Notes: generated by a model from the letters alone, not told the origin. DNA of 64,000 nt from Candidatus Omnitrophota bacterium (GCA_003598025.1 QZKH01000002.1:138133-202132), one strand, 5' to 3'; shown: positions 18,236 to 28,957, counted from the first letter of the stretch. Program-made: numbers and translations.

Positions 18236-19232
18236 AGACCTGATTTATCCTTATTTTGTTATTGAAGGCAGATCAAGGAAGCAGGCTATTGATTTATTCC
18301 CGGGCGTATATAGATTTTCCGTAGATAAACTTTTAAGTGAGCTGGATAGTACGGTCAAGCTGGGGATAAATAAGATTCTTCTCTTTGGGATTCCAGATAA
18401 AAAAGATATTTATGGAAGCCAGGGATATAAAGAAGATAATATTGTCTCTACAGCTGTCCGGGCTATTAAGAAAAAATTCAGGAATATTACAATATTTACT
18501 GATGTTTGCTTATGTGCATATACAGAGAATGGACATTGCGGAATAACAAGGGCATCCCTCGACTCGGTTCGATTACGCTCACCACAAGCCGCTCGGGACT
18601 CCCTCGGCCTGAATAAAGTCGGAGGCCTTCGGTCGCAAGTCAGTATAGATAATAAAAAGACTTTGGAGGCATTAAGCAGGATCGCTTTAGCACATGCTAA
18701 GTCCGGTGCAGATTGGGTTGCCCCATCAGCTATGGCAAAGGAACAGGTTCTAAGTATCCGTAACGCACTGGATAGGTCCGGGTTTACAAAGGTAAAAGTC
18801 ATGGGATATTCTGCAAAATTCGCTTCAAATTTCTACGGACCTTTTCGTGAAGCTGCAAATTCTGCTCCTCGTTTTGGAGATAGGCGCAGTTATCAACTGG
18901 ATTATCTTGATTATGAAAAAGCAGCAGAAGAGATACAGGATGATATTAATGAAGGCGCAGATATGGTTATGGTCAAGCCTGCATTGAGCTATTTGGATAT
19001 TATCAGGCAAGCGAAAGATAATCTTAATTGCTTCTCGAAAAACAGGATATCGCTGGCTGCCTATAATGTAAGTGGAGAATATGCCATGGTTAAATATGCT
19101 TCCAGGCGCAATATATGCGATGAAAGAAAAATAGTTACTGAAATACTTTCTTCCATAAAGCGTGCAGGAGCAGATTATATTATTACGTATCATGCCAAGG
19201 ACGCAGCAAAATGGTTAAAAGAAAGTTATTAA
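18198..19232 (+). CDS. hemB: Porphobilinogen synthase (ALA dehydratase) carrying a ~30-aa GC-rich in-frame insertion
   Basis: CLCAYTENGHCGI zinc site and the active-site region ADWVAPSAMAKEQV. An extra TRASLDSVRLRSPQAARDSLGLNKVGGLRSQVS segment sits between HCGI and IDNKKTL. Confidence 0.85.
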   Translation: MARDLYPKNIETKDLIYPYFVIEGRSRKQAIDLFPGVYRFSVDKLLSELDSTVKLGINKILLFGIPDKKDIYGSQGYKEDNIVSTAVRAIKKKFRNITIFTDVCLCAYTENGHCGITRASLDSVRLRSPQAARDSLGLNKVGGLRSQVSIDNKKTLEALSRIALAHAKSGADWVAPSAMAKEQVLSIRNALDRSGFTKVKVMGYSAKFASNFYGPFREAANSAPRFGDRRSYQLDYLDYEKAAEEIQDDINEGADMVMVKPALSYLDIIRQAKDNLNCFSKNRISLAAYNVSGEYAMVKYASRRNICDERKIVTEILSSIKRAGADYIITYHAKDAAKWLKESY

Positions 19233-19237
19233 GAGAG

Positions 19238-20494
19238 ATGAGATATCTGGCTAAAGCTGGTGAGTTTCTTGCCGGAGGAGTTAACAGCCCCGTGCGCAGC
19301 TTTAATAAGATTGGGATAAAGCCGGTATATATAAAGCGTGGCGCCGGTTCAAAGGTATATGATTATAAGGGCAAGCGTTATATAGATTATTTACTTTATT
19401 GGGGCTCGATAATCCTGGGGCACAAGTATAAGCCGGTTATACGAGATGTAAAAAATTCGCTTAATAAAGGTTTTGGATTCGGTACCACAAATGACAGAGA
19501 AATAGAATTGGCAAGAATCATAAAGAAGGCAATTCCTTTCGCAGAAAAGCTGAGGTTCGTTAATTCCGGGACCGAAGCGGTAATGTCGGCGGTAAGGCTG
19601 GCAAGAGGTTTTACGAAGAGGGATATCGTCGTAAAATTCACAAATTCTTATCATGGGCATGCTGATTATTTGCTTGCTAAAGGCGGCTCAGGTTTGGCTA
19701 CTCTTAGATTACCTTTTAGCAATGGCATACCCGATAATTATTTAAAAGATACTATTGTCATCAAGGCAGGCGATGAGGATGCCTTGAACAATATATTCAG
19801 GAAACACGGCGTGAAGATCGCTGCGGTTTTGGTGGAACCCGTGGGTGGAAATTATGGGGTTATTCCACCTGATATTAATTTTTTACAAAAATTAAGGCGT
19901 ATAACCGATGCTTATAGGTCTGTCTTGATTTTTGATGAAGTTATCACCGGTTTTCGTTTTAGTTTTAGTTCTGTTGCGCAATCTTTTGGGATAAAGCCGG
20001 ATTTGATCTGCCTTGGCAAGATAATTGGCGGAGGCCTTCCTATTGGAGCGTATGCAGGCCCAGCTAAAATCATGGATAATCTTGCTCCGGAGGGTAAGGT
20101 TTATCAGGCTTCCACATTTTCCGGCAATCCTATAGTGATGCAGGCAGGCATTAGCTCCCTAAGCGCGCTGGCTAAACTAAAAAGACTATATCCGATGCTG
20201 GATACGATGGCCCGTTTTTTATCCAGCCATATTGAGGATATAGCCAGTATCGAGGGAGTTGACTTAAGAATCCCTTATTTTGGCGGTATGTTTAGTTTCA
20301 ACTTCAGAAATAGCAGTACATTCAGGGAGTTTTATAAGCTTATGCTTAAAAAGGGAGTGCTTTTTGCCCCTTCTGAATTTGAGGCCAATTTTATTTCATT
20401 TGCCCATTCCAAGAAAGATATCGAAGATACCATTTCTGCTTCCAGATGGGCGCTAAAAGAGTTAAGAAAAAGGAGAATGCGTAGATGGACATAG
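19238..20494 (+). CDS. hemL: Glutamate-1-semialdehyde 2,1-aminomutase
   Basis: GGVNSPVRSF N-terminus and the PLP-aminotransferase class III fold. Start moved to ATG 19238 (MRYLAKAGEF), after the hemB stop. Confidence 0.9.
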   Translation: MRYLAKAGEFLAGGVNSPVRSFNKIGIKPVYIKRGAGSKVYDYKGKRYIDYLLYWGSIILGHKYKPVIRDVKNSLNKGFGFGTTNDREIELARIIKKAIPFAEKLRFVNSGTEAVMSAVRLARGFTKRDIVVKFTNSYHGHADYLLAKGGSGLATLRLPFSNGIPDNYLKDTIVIKAGDEDALNNIFRKHGVKIAAVLVEPVGGNYGVIPPDINFLQKLRRITDAYRSVLIFDEVITGFRFSFSSVAQSFGIKPDLICLGKIIGGGLPIGAYAGPAKIMDNLAPEGKVYQASTFSGNPIVMQAGISSLSALAKLKRLYPMLDTMARFLSSHIEDIASIEGVDLRIPYFGGMFSFNFRNSSTFREFYKLMLKKGVLFAPSEFEANFISFAHSKKDIEDTISASRWALKELRKRRMRRWT

Positions 20495-21222
20495 ATTACG
20501 ATGGATTAAAGAGGCGAGGTTTTCTTAGGCAGAGGCAGGATGGTTTCTTTGTCGTACGGACCCGTATGTCTAATGGCGTATATTCCAAAGACCAGATAGA
20601 TAAAATAAACGAGATAGCCGTTAAATTCGGCAAAGGTTTTGTACATGCCACGACAAGGCAGGGCTTAGAAATCCCCTTCATCAGGTTCGAGGATATTGAG
20701 AGTGTAGAGGCGGAATTAAAAAAAGCCAGTTTAGATACCGGGACATCCGGGCCGCGCTTGAGGACAACAACGACCTGCCCGGGGACAGAATGGTGCAAAT
20801 CCGCGCTTATTAATACTTTTTCGCTTTCAGGCAGGATTGAGAAAGAGCTTAACATAAGGTGTGCAATGGATTTGCCGCATAAATTTAAGATATCGATTTC
20901 CGGATGCCCTAATACATGCACCCGCCCGCAGGCCAGTGAAATAGGCATTCACGGAGAAGCGGATCTAAAATCATCCCAGCGGCGTATTGCTTATGCGGTT
21001 TATTTGGGAGGCTGCGGAGGCCGTACTCCCAGAACAGGCTTTAAGCTGGATAGATTGTTCAGCGAAGACGAAGTCCTGGTAATAGTTGAGAAAGTTGTAA
21101 GGTTCTTTAAAGATAATGCTAAACCGAGGCAAAGGTTAGCATTATTAATCGAAGAGTTGGGAAGAGAAGTGTTTTTAAAAACATCCGGGCTTAAAGAGCT
21201 GATTATACAACAAGGAGGGTAG
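20485..21222 (+). CDS. Small siroheme-[4Fe-4S] sulfite/nitrite reductase-family protein (low-molecular-weight assimilatory-type SiR)
   Basis: NIR_SIR ferredoxin-like half plus siroheme/FeS cysteines (CPGTEWC, CPNTC). Genomic context of cysH, cysK and siroheme genes. Confidence 0.65.
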   Translation: MDIDYDGLKRRGFLRQRQDGFFVVRTRMSNGVYSKDQIDKINEIAVKFGKGFVHATTRQGLEIPFIRFEDIESVEAELKKASLDTGTSGPRLRTTTTCPGTEWCKSALINTFSLSGRIEKELNIRCAMDLPHKFKISISGCPNTCTRPQASEIGIHGEADLKSSQRRIAYAVYLGGCGGRTPRTGFKLDRLFSEDEVLVIVEKVVRFFKDNAKPRQRLALLIEELGREVFLKTSGLKELIIQQGG

Positions 21223-21401
21223 ATAAAAAATATGCCTGTTACTTTTAGCGGTAATTTTAAATACTGCGTATTTTCTGTTCTTGCTTATAAGGATAAGGTT
21301 GATTCTTGGTTTTCCTTTCCAATGCAGGTTAAAAAAATATTGTTAATTACCACTGTTTGAGGGATAATAAAAAATAAGCATTTTAAAAATAGGAGGAAAT
21401 A

Positions 21402-22697
21402 ATGAGTAAAAATGACAAAACATTGAAAGCAGAATCAATCCTTTTACACGGCGGACAGGAGCCTGATCCCGCAACCGGTGCACGAGCCGTCCCCATATAT
21501 CAAACTACGTCTTACCAATTCAAGAGCACGGAACATGCTGCAAATCTGTTTGGCCTTAAGGAGTTCGGTAATATATATACGCGCCTAATGAACCCCACAA
21601 CGGATGTTTTAGAAAAGAGAATGGCTTTACTTGACGGGGGAGTTGGAGCCTTAGCTGTTTCAAGCGGGCAGTCTGCTATTACCCTGGCGCTCTTAAATAT
21701 CGCTCAGGCAGGCGATGAGATCGTTTCCGCAGATAATCTATACGGAGGGACATATACCTTATTCCATTATACTTTCCAGCGCCTTGGCGTGAAGGTGAGG
21801 TTTGTCAAATCAAACGATTTAGATGCTTTTCAGAAAGCGATTACTCCAAAAACCAAGGCCATTTATGCAGAATCTATCGGCAACCCAAAGCTGGATGTAG
21901 CTGACCTTGAAGGTATTTCAAAGGTAGCGCATAAGAATGGCGTACCTTTTGTCTTGGATAATACCGTATCGCCATATCTTTTAAAACCCATAGATTACGG
22001 GACAGATATAGTGGTATATTCCGCGACCAAATTCATAGGCGGGCACGGCACCTCGATAGGCGGCGTAATCGTTGATTCGGGGAAATTCGACTGGACTAAC
22101 GGCAAGTTCCCTCTGATTTCCGAGCCCGACCCCAGTTATCACGGAATAAATTTTGTAGAAGCCCTAAAGCCGCTCGGAAATATCGCATATATTATCAAGG
22201 CAAGGGTTACACTTTTAAGAGATATAGGTACAGCCATGTCGCCGTTTAATGCTTTTCTTTTCTTGCAGGGGCTTGAGACTTTACACCTCAGGATAATAAG
22301 GCATTCGGAGAACGCCTTGGCGGTAGCTAAATTCCTGGAGAAACACCCAAGGGTGGCCTGGGTTAATTATCCCGGATTAGATTCGAGCCCGGAAAAGGCA
22401 AGGGTTAAGAAATACCTCTCCAGGGGCGCCGGTGCCATAATAGGTTTTGGGATAAAGGGGGGAGCTAGCGCCGGAAAGAAATTTATTGATTCACTTGAAT
22501 TAGTTTCCCATCTTGCCAATATCGGCGATGCCAAGAGCCTGGCGATACACCCTGCGACTACCACACATCAGCAATTATCCGAGCAGGAGCAGTTAGATAC
22601 CGGAGTAACTCCTGATTTCGTGCGCTTATCAATTGGCATCGAGAATATAGACGATATTATCAAAGACATAGAGCAGGCTTTAAATAAAAGTAAATAG
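21402..22697 (+). CDS. metY: O-acetylhomoserine sulfhydrylase (Cys/Met PLP-dependent family)
   Basis: [20 protein letters not shown] (PLP lysine), 431 aa. Confidence 0.85.
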   Translation: MSKNDKTLKAESILLHGGQEPDPATGARAVPIYQTTSYQFKSTEHAANLFGLKEFGNIYTRLMNPTTDVLEKRMALLDGGVGALAVSSGQSAITLALLNIAQAGDEIVSADNLYGGTYTLFHYTFQRLGVKVRFVKSNDLDAFQKAITPKTKAIYAESIGNPKLDVADLEGISKVAHKNGVPFVLDNTVSPYLLKPIDYGTDIVVYSATKFIGGHGTSIGGVIVDSGKFDWTNGKFPLISEPDPSYHGINFVEALKPLGNIAYIIKARVTLLRDIGTAMSPFNAFLFLQGLETLHLRIIRHSENALAVAKFLEKHPRVAWVNYPGLDSSPEKARVKKYLSRGAGAIIGFGIKGGASAGKKFIDSLELVSHLANIGDAKSLAIHPATTTHQQLSEQEQLDTGVTPDFVRLSIGIENIDDIIKDIEQALNKSK

Positions 22698-22722
22698 AGC
22701 ATATAGTTAGGAGGTTACAATA

Positions 22723-23658
22723 ATGGCTAAAATATTTAATGATATCACAGAAACCGTAGGTAATACTCCTTTGGTAAAAATAAATAATATCACAAAAAAT
22801 ACAGGAGCCACTGTTTTAGCAAAGCTCGAGTTTTTTAACCCTCTTTCCAGTGTCAAAGACAGAATCGGGGTAGCTATGATAGAGGCAGCTGAGAAAAAAG
22901 GCCTGCTTAAAAAAGGCTCTGTTATAGTTGAGCCCACAAGCGGCAATACGGGTATTGCGCTTGCTTTTGTTGCCGCAGCCAAAGGCTACAAGTTGATTTT
23001 GACTATGCCGGATACTATGAGCGTTGAAAGGCGCCAGTTGCTAAAGATACTTGGAGCAGAGTTAGTATTGACAGACGGCACAAAGGGGATGAAGGGGGCA
23101 GTGGATAAAGCCGAAGAGATCGCAAAAGGCATGCCGAACAGCTTTGTCCCGCAGCAGTTTAATAATCCGGCTAATCCCGACATACACAGAAAGACCACGG
23201 CTGAAGAAATATGGTCAGATACACAAGGGGCCCTGGATATATTTGTTGCAGGAATCGGGACCGGTGGTACAATAACTGGTGTTGGCGAGGTATTAAAAAG
23301 CAGGAAACCGTCGGTAAAAATCATCGGCGTTGAGCCTATTGATTCTCCGGTATTATCCGGGGGCAAGCCCGGACCGCATAAGATACAGGGTATTGGCGCC
23401 GGCTTCATCCCGGGGGTACTTAATGTCAAGCTGCTTGATGAGATTATTAAGGTAAGACATGAAGACGCGGCATTTGTGGCAAAGGAACTTGCCAGCAAAG
23501 AAGGGATTTTTGTCGGTATTTCAAGCGGAGCTGCTATGTGGGCAGCTTTAGAGGTTGCAAAAAGGCAGGAATCAAGAGGTAAAACTATCGTAGTCGTCCT
23601 TCCGGACACAGGAGAAAGGTACTTGTCTACCTGGTTATACCAGGAATTTCTGAATTAA
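22723..23658 (+). CDS. cysK: Cysteine synthase (second CysK/CysM paralog)
   Basis: [23 protein letters not shown]. Confidence 0.85.
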   Translation: MAKIFNDITETVGNTPLVKINNITKNTGATVLAKLEFFNPLSSVKDRIGVAMIEAAEKKGLLKKGSVIVEPTSGNTGIALAFVAAAKGYKLILTMPDTMSVERRQLLKILGAELVLTDGTKGMKGAVDKAEEIAKGMPNSFVPQQFNNPANPDIHRKTTAEEIWSDTQGALDIFVAGIGTGGTITGVGEVLKSRKPSVKIIGVEPIDSPVLSGGKPGPHKIQGIGAGFIPGVLNVKLLDEIIKVRHEDAAFVAKELASKEGIFVGISSGAAMWAALEVAKRQESRGKTIVVVLPDTGERYLSTWLYQEFLN

Positions 23659-23659
23659 C

Positions 23660-24781
23660 ATGAAGAGCAAAGGGTTAGGAATAGTTAAAGAACAATATTT
23701 TGAATTCGCTGATAGTCCCCATGAACTTAAGCTTGAGTCGGGACAAAAATTGGGTCCGATCACTCTTGCATATGAAACTTATGGCCAGCTTAGCCAAAAT
23801 TCGGATAATGCCATATTAGTCGCACATGCCCTTTCGGGAGACGCGCATGCCGCTGGTTTTCATGAAGGCGATAAAGAACCCGGCTGGTGGGATGCGATGA
23901 TCGGACCAGGCAAAGCCCTTGATACTGATAAATACTTTGTAATTTGTTCTAATGTAATCGGAGGATGCAAGGGCAGCACAGGACCGTCCTCTATAAATCC
24001 TGAATCGGGGAAACCCTATGCTCTGGATTTTCCGGTAATAACTATTGCAGATATGGTAAAGGCCCAGAAGCACCTGATTGACCATCTGGGGATAAAAAAA
24101 TTATTATGTGTCATAGGCGGGTCTATGGGCGGGATGCAGGCCTTACAGTGGGTTGCTTCATACCCTGAGAATGTATGTTCGTCAATACCTATTGCTACAG
24201 CCTTGAAACATTCGCCACAACAAATAGCTTTTGATGAGGTTGGCCGGCAGTCTGTGATGGCTGATCCGAACTGGGATAACGGCAATTATTACGGTAAGGC
24301 AGAGCCCGACAGGGGCCTTGCTGTTGCCCGTATGATCGGCCATATAACATATATGAGCGATCAGTCAATGGAAGAGAAATTCTCCCGGCGCCTTAAGGAC
24401 AAGAATTATAGCTTTAAATTTACAGCTGATTTCGAGGTAGAGGGGTATTTAAAATACAGGGGAGAGAATTTTGTAAAAAGATTTGATGCAAATTCCTATC
24501 TGTATATAACCAAGGCTATGGATTATTTTGACCTTTCACAAGGGAAATTGTTCCCGCGGGATAAAAAAATTAACTTAAGATTTCTTGTCATAGCGTTTAA
24601 ATCCGACTGGCTTTATCCTTCTTACCAGTCCCAGGAGATAGTGCGCCAGTTAAAGACAAGGGGCCTGGATGCAACATATTGTGAGATAAAGTCGACTTAC
24701 GGCCATGATGCGTTTTTAGTGGAGATAGAAGAGCAAACGCGTTTGATCAAGCATTTCTTAAAAAAGACTTACAACGGTTAA
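23660..24781 (+). CDS. metX: Homoserine O-acetyltransferase
   Basis: Alpha/beta hydrolase with [12 protein letters not shown] nucleophile elbow. Confidence 0.9.
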   Translation: MKSKGLGIVKEQYFEFADSPHELKLESGQKLGPITLAYETYGQLSQNSDNAILVAHALSGDAHAAGFHEGDKEPGWWDAMIGPGKALDTDKYFVICSNVIGGCKGSTGPSSINPESGKPYALDFPVITIADMVKAQKHLIDHLGIKKLLCVIGGSMGGMQALQWVASYPENVCSSIPIATALKHSPQQIAFDEVGRQSVMADPNWDNGNYYGKAEPDRGLAVARMIGHITYMSDQSMEEKFSRRLKDKNYSFKFTADFEVEGYLKYRGENFVKRFDANSYLYITKAMDYFDLSQGKLFPRDKKINLRFLVIAFKSDWLYPSYQSQEIVRQLKTRGLDATYCEIKSTYGHDAFLVEIEEQTRLIKHFLKKTYNG

Positions 24782-24785
24782 TAAA

Positions 24786-25397
24786 ATGCAGGATAGTAAA
24801 CTGAAATCAGCTTCTTTGGATCATAGGGTTATTTTTGACATAGTCAAGGACTCTGCGAAGGTCTTGGATTTAGGCTGCGGGGACGGAGAGTTAATGTATC
24901 TTTTATCCAGGGATAAAGGAGCTTCAGTCCAGGGCATCGAGCTTGATTATGAGGCAATCCATAAGTGCGTAGAGAAAGGCTTAAGCGTTTTTCACGGCGA
25001 TATAGACAGCGGTCTTCATGAATATCCGAATAAATCATTTGATTATGTAATACTTGATCAAAGTTTACAGCAGGTTAAGAAAGCTGACTATGTCATCCAT
25101 GAAGCATTGCGTGTAGGCAGGCAGGTAATAGTGGGTTTCCCCAATTTTGCATTCATAAAATCTAGGTTTATGATGTTTTTCTGCGGCAAGGCGCCGATAA
25201 CCAAATCGCTTCCTTATCATTGGTATGATACCCCTAACCTTAAATTTTTGAGCATCTCAGATTTTAAAGGCTATTGCCGGGAAAAAAAGATAAAGATTGT
25301 TAAAGCGTATTATCTGGGTAAGAAAAGTTTAATCAGGTTATGGCCAAACCTTTTTGCGCTAAATGCAATTTTTGTCATTGAAAACGGCTCCGGATAA
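24786..25397 (+). CDS. metW: Methionine biosynthesis protein MetW
   Basis: Methyltransferase-like VLDLGCGDGELM. Immediately follows metX. Confidence 0.8.
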   Translation: MQDSKLKSASLDHRVIFDIVKDSAKVLDLGCGDGELMYLLSRDKGASVQGIELDYEAIHKCVEKGLSVFHGDIDSGLHEYPNKSFDYVILDQSLQQVKKADYVIHEALRVGRQVIVGFPNFAFIKSRFMMFFCGKAPITKSLPYHWYDTPNLKFLSISDFKGYCREKKIKIVKAYYLGKKSLIRLWPNLFALNAIFVIENGSG

Positions 25398-25410
25398 AAC
25401 AGGGGAATAA

Positions 25411-25704
25411 ATGTCTGTTACGGTAAAGAAGATAAGGGCCGGCAAAAAGTATATCGATGCCCTGGTAGTAAAACTCCAGAGCAAGAACTTGGTCCTGATA
25501 AGAGGTTCCCGTGGGTATATTATGTGCGGGTATCTTGACTTAGGTGCCGCCGAGAAATTTAAGGATACTGCAGTGGTTGTCAAAGGTGTTGAAGATATTG
25601 ATGACGTATTAAAATCTAAGGTATATTCTTGCACGAGCGAAGCTTCAAAATTAGGCATATATGCAGGGCAACCGATAAAGGATATATTAGAAATCATCTG
25701 CTAA
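25411..25704 (+). CDS. DUF1805 (YunC-like) domain protein
   Basis: RGSRGYIMCGYLDLGAAEKF resembles the DUF1805 core as recalled; not verified. Confidence 0.4.
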   Translation: MSVTVKKIRAGKKYIDALVVKLQSKNLVLIRGSRGYIMCGYLDLGAAEKFKDTAVVVKGVEDIDDVLKSKVYSCTSEASKLGIYAGQPIKDILEIIC

Positions 25705-25717
25705 AAAGGGGTAACCG

Positions 25718-25939
25718 ATGAAAGAAAAAGTTGAGAAAGCTCTAAATAAAGTGCGCCCGATGCTGGCTGCTGACGGAGGAGACGTAGCGCTTATCGATGT
25801 AACAAAGGACGGAGTGGTGAAGCTTAAATTGACCGGTAGCTGCGGGTGCTGCCCGATGAGCCAAATGACATTAAAGATGGGTATTGAGAGGATCTTGAGA
25901 GAAGAAGTCCCCGAAATAAAGGAAGTAATCGCAATATAA
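25718..25939 (+). CDS. NifU C-terminal-domain (Nfu-type) Fe-S cluster carrier
   Basis: GSCGCCPMS CxxC motif in a 73-aa Nfu fold. Confidence 0.8.
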   Translation: MKEKVEKALNKVRPMLAADGGDVALIDVTKDGVVKLKLTGSCGCCPMSQMTLKMGIERILREEVPEIKEVIAI

Positions 25940-25997
25940 GTTTTTCTCTTCTTTGGTTTGCTTAGCCGTTATAAAATAAAAAGGCCTCTATCTTTCC

Positions 25998-26813
25998 ATG
26001 CAAACAATAGCTGCAAAAATTAAAAAATTAGAAAAAATAATCAAAGACATGGATTCAGCGCTCCTTGCGTATTCAGGCGGACTCGATAGCACTTTTTTAC
26101 TCAAGGTTGCTTCGAAGGTATTAGGCACCAGCCTTATTGCGGTGACGGCAAAATCCGAAACTTATCCCGAATACGAACTTAGGTCTGCTAAAAAAAGCGC
26201 ACGTAAGCTGAAAGTCAGGCATATTATTATCAAGACCAATGAGCTGAAGGACCCCAGGTTCAGCGCAAACCCCAAGAACAGGTGTTATTTTTGTAAAAAA
26301 GAATTATTTTCGCTTCTCTTAAAACTAGCTAAGAAGAATAATACCAGATTTGTTATAGACGCAAGTAACCTGACTGATAAAAAAGATTACCGTCCCGGAA
26401 GCGTAGCTAAGAAAGAGCTGGGAATACGTTCTCCGCTGCAGGAAGCAGGCTTTACTAAAGACGATATCCGTTCTGCATCTAAGATGCTTGGCCTGGATGT
26501 ATGGGATAAGCCGGCTTTTGCTTGCCTGGCATCCAGGATCCCTTACGGCGATTACATAACTCCAAAATTACTTAAACGCATTGAGTATGCCGAAAGCCTG
26601 ATAAGAGGCCTTGGCTTTAGGCAGAACAGAGTCAGGGACTACGGCCGTCAGTGCAGGATTGAAGTGCCGCTTGAGGATTTGCAGAGATTATTAAAATCAA
26701 GGGATTTAGTGATAGGAAAATTTAAAAAGCTGGGTTATAATTACATAACGCTTGATTTAGAGGGTTATCGCAGCGGCAGCATGAATACAGTTTTAAAGAA
26801 GGATAAGTTATGA
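25998..26813 (+). CDS. PP-loop ATP pyrophosphatase of the LarE / TIGR00268 sulfur-transferase family
   Basis: SGGLDS PP-loop near the N-terminus, conserved Cys (FACLASR), about 270 aa. Adjacent to a cysteine desulfurase. Confidence 0.6.
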   Translation: MQTIAAKIKKLEKIIKDMDSALLAYSGGLDSTFLLKVASKVLGTSLIAVTAKSETYPEYELRSAKKSARKLKVRHIIIKTNELKDPRFSANPKNRCYFCKKELFSLLLKLAKKNNTRFVIDASNLTDKKDYRPGSVAKKELGIRSPLQEAGFTKDDIRSASKMLGLDVWDKPAFACLASRIPYGDYITPKLLKRIEYAESLIRGLGFRQNRVRDYGRQCRIEVPLEDLQRLLKSRDLVIGKFKKLGYNYITLDLEGYRSGSMNTVLKKDKL

Positions 26814-27973
26814 AAAGAACATATCTTGATTATGCAGCAACCACCCCGGCCGACAATGAAGTAGTAGAGGCGATGAAGCCGTATTTCTCTGAAAAGTTTG
26901 GCAATCCTTCCAGCATACATTCATTCGGGCAGGAAGCAAAGCAGGCTATAGAAAAAAGCCGCAGGGATTTGGCTGATTTCTTAGGCGCAAAACCGGAAGA
27001 GATAGTTTTTACTTCCGGAGGTACCGAGTCTGACAATTATGCGATTGAAGGCGTAGCCTACGCCTTGGAAAAAAAGGGCAACCATATTATAACCAGCGCA
27101 ATAGAACACCACGCAATTACTGAATGCTGCAGTTTTCTGGAGAAAAGAGGGTTCAAGGTTACTTATGTAAAAGTCGATAAATACGGCTTACTTGATCCGT
27201 CAGATATCAAGAAAGCAATTACTGATAAGACGATATTGATTTCAGTCATGCATGCAAATAATGAAATCGGCACTATCCAGCCTGTCGCTGAAATAGGCAG
27301 GATAGCTCAAGAGAACAATATATGTTTTCATACCGATGCTGTGCAGACTGTCGGCCACATCCCGGTTAATGTCAATGATCTGGGAGTAGATATGTTATCG
27401 TTGTCAGCCCATAAATTTTATGGCCCAAAAGGCGTGGGGGCGCTATATATTAGGAAAGGCACGCGCATAAACAGGTTCTTGCATGGCGGTGACCAGGAAA
27501 ATGGCAGGCGTGCTTCTACTCATAATACAACCGGCATAGTCGGTTTAGGCAAAGCCATAGAATTATGCAGCAGTAAAATGAATGCAGAAGCAAAATTTCA
27601 GGCCAAATTAAGGGATAAACTGATAAGAGAAATCCCCAAAAGGATACCCGAATCATATCTTAACGGGCATGATGTAAAACGGTTACCGAATAATGTCAAT
27701 TTCTCCATAAAATACATTGAAGGCGAATCAATGCTGCTTAACTTGGACATGCTTGGGATTGCCGCTTCTACCGGTTCAGCCTGTACCTCTACTTCACTTG
27801 AGCCGTCTCATGTACTATTGGCTATAGGGTTACCGCATGAAATAGCTCACGGTTCAATAAGGCTGACTCTGGGAAGATGGACCAAGGAAGAAGACATTGA
27901 TTATATTCTGGAGCACCTGCCGAAAATTGCTGCAAAATTGCGCGCAATGTCCCCTCTTTATGAGAAAAAATAA
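26810..27973 (+). CDS. Cysteine desulfurase (NifS/IscS family)
   Basis: PLP lysine region SLSAHKFYGPKGVGALY and catalytic Cys loop ASTGSACTS. Confidence 0.9.
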   Translation: MKRTYLDYAATTPADNEVVEAMKPYFSEKFGNPSSIHSFGQEAKQAIEKSRRDLADFLGAKPEEIVFTSGGTESDNYAIEGVAYALEKKGNHIITSAIEHHAITECCSFLEKRGFKVTYVKVDKYGLLDPSDIKKAITDKTILISVMHANNEIGTIQPVAEIGRIAQENNICFHTDAVQTVGHIPVNVNDLGVDMLSLSAHKFYGPKGVGALYIRKGTRINRFLHGGDQENGRRASTHNTTGIVGLGKAIELCSSKMNAEAKFQAKLRDKLIREIPKRIPESYLNGHDVKRLPNNVNFSIKYIEGESMLLNLDMLGIAASTGSACTSTSLEPSHVLLAIGLPHEIAHGSIRLTLGRWTKEEDIDYILEHLPKIAAKLRAMSPLYEKK

Positions 27974-27975
27974 TC

Positions 27976-28932
27976 ATGCAGGATAAAATAGTCAATTTGC
28001 TAAAAAGAAGGTCTGGATATGTCTCGGGTGAAGAGATAGCCCATCATCTAGGAATAAGCCGCCAGGGCCTATGGAAACATATCCAGGATTTAAGAAACTC
28101 CGGATATGATATAGTCGCTATACCGCATTTAGGGTATGAATTAGTTTCTTTGCCCGACAGGCTGTTTGCCTCTGAAATAACCTCGGGACTTAACACTAAA
28201 TTCATTGGCCGCAAGATATATTATTTTGATCATCTATCTTCCACTATGGAAGTAGCTCTCCAGCTTGGCCTGAAGAACGCTCCAGAGGGGACGCTTGTTT
28301 TGGCGGAAGGGCAGAGCAAGGGAAGAGGCAGGCTTGGCAGAAGCTGGATTTCTCCAAAATTCAAAGGCATATACCTCTCGGTTATTTTAAGGCCCAAGAT
28401 TTCCCCCAATGCAATACCGGTGATAACCCTATTATCCGCAGTGAGTATTTGCGAAGCCATACATAATATTACCGGATTATCCTGCCAGATAAAGTGGCCT
28501 AATGATGTATTAATCGCAAACAAAAAAGTTTCCGGTGTATTAACAGAATTGAATGCTGAAGCAGACCAGACTTCTTTTGTAATTATCGGCGCAGGTATAA
28601 ATGTAAACAATGATAAAAAAGACCTTATTGCTTCGGCTACTTCGTTAAAAGAGCATAAAAAAAGCCCGATTGACCGGGTCAAACTGCTTCAGGAGGTCCT
28701 CGCCAGGTTAGAGCATAATTACATAATTTTCCAGAAAGGCTCAAGCGCCCCGGTGCTGGAGCGCTGGCGTGAGTTCAGCTCTACATTGAACAGGAGGATA
28801 AGGATTAATTCTTACAGGCTGCATATAGAAGGCCAGGCAATTGATATTGACTCCGACGGCGCGCTTATGATAAGAGAGGATAGCGGTATCATAAGGAAAG
28901 TCACGGCAGGAGACATAACACATTGTAGATGA
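27976..28932 (+). CDS. birA: Bifunctional biotin-protein ligase / biotin operon repressor
   Basis: N-terminal HTH (VSGEEIAHHLGISRQGLWKHI) and the GRGRLGRSWISP biotin-binding motif. Confidence 0.85.
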   Translation: MQDKIVNLLKRRSGYVSGEEIAHHLGISRQGLWKHIQDLRNSGYDIVAIPHLGYELVSLPDRLFASEITSGLNTKFIGRKIYYFDHLSSTMEVALQLGLKNAPEGTLVLAEGQSKGRGRLGRSWISPKFKGIYLSVILRPKISPNAIPVITLLSAVSICEAIHNITGLSCQIKWPNDVLIANKKVSGVLTELNAEADQTSFVIIGAGINVNNDKKDLIASATSLKEHKKSPIDRVKLLQEVLARLEHNYIIFQKGSSAPVLERWREFSSTLNRRIRINSYRLHIEGQAIDIDSDGALMIREDSGIIRKVTAGDITHCR

Positions 28933-28957
28933 TTGTAAACCAAGTTTAAATAATAAG

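Noticed and set aside
21223-21401. Possible SAM (S-box) riboswitch upstream of metY
   Set aside because: No S-box conserved blocks or kink-turn-like elements. The region is simply AT-rich with a plausible promoter.
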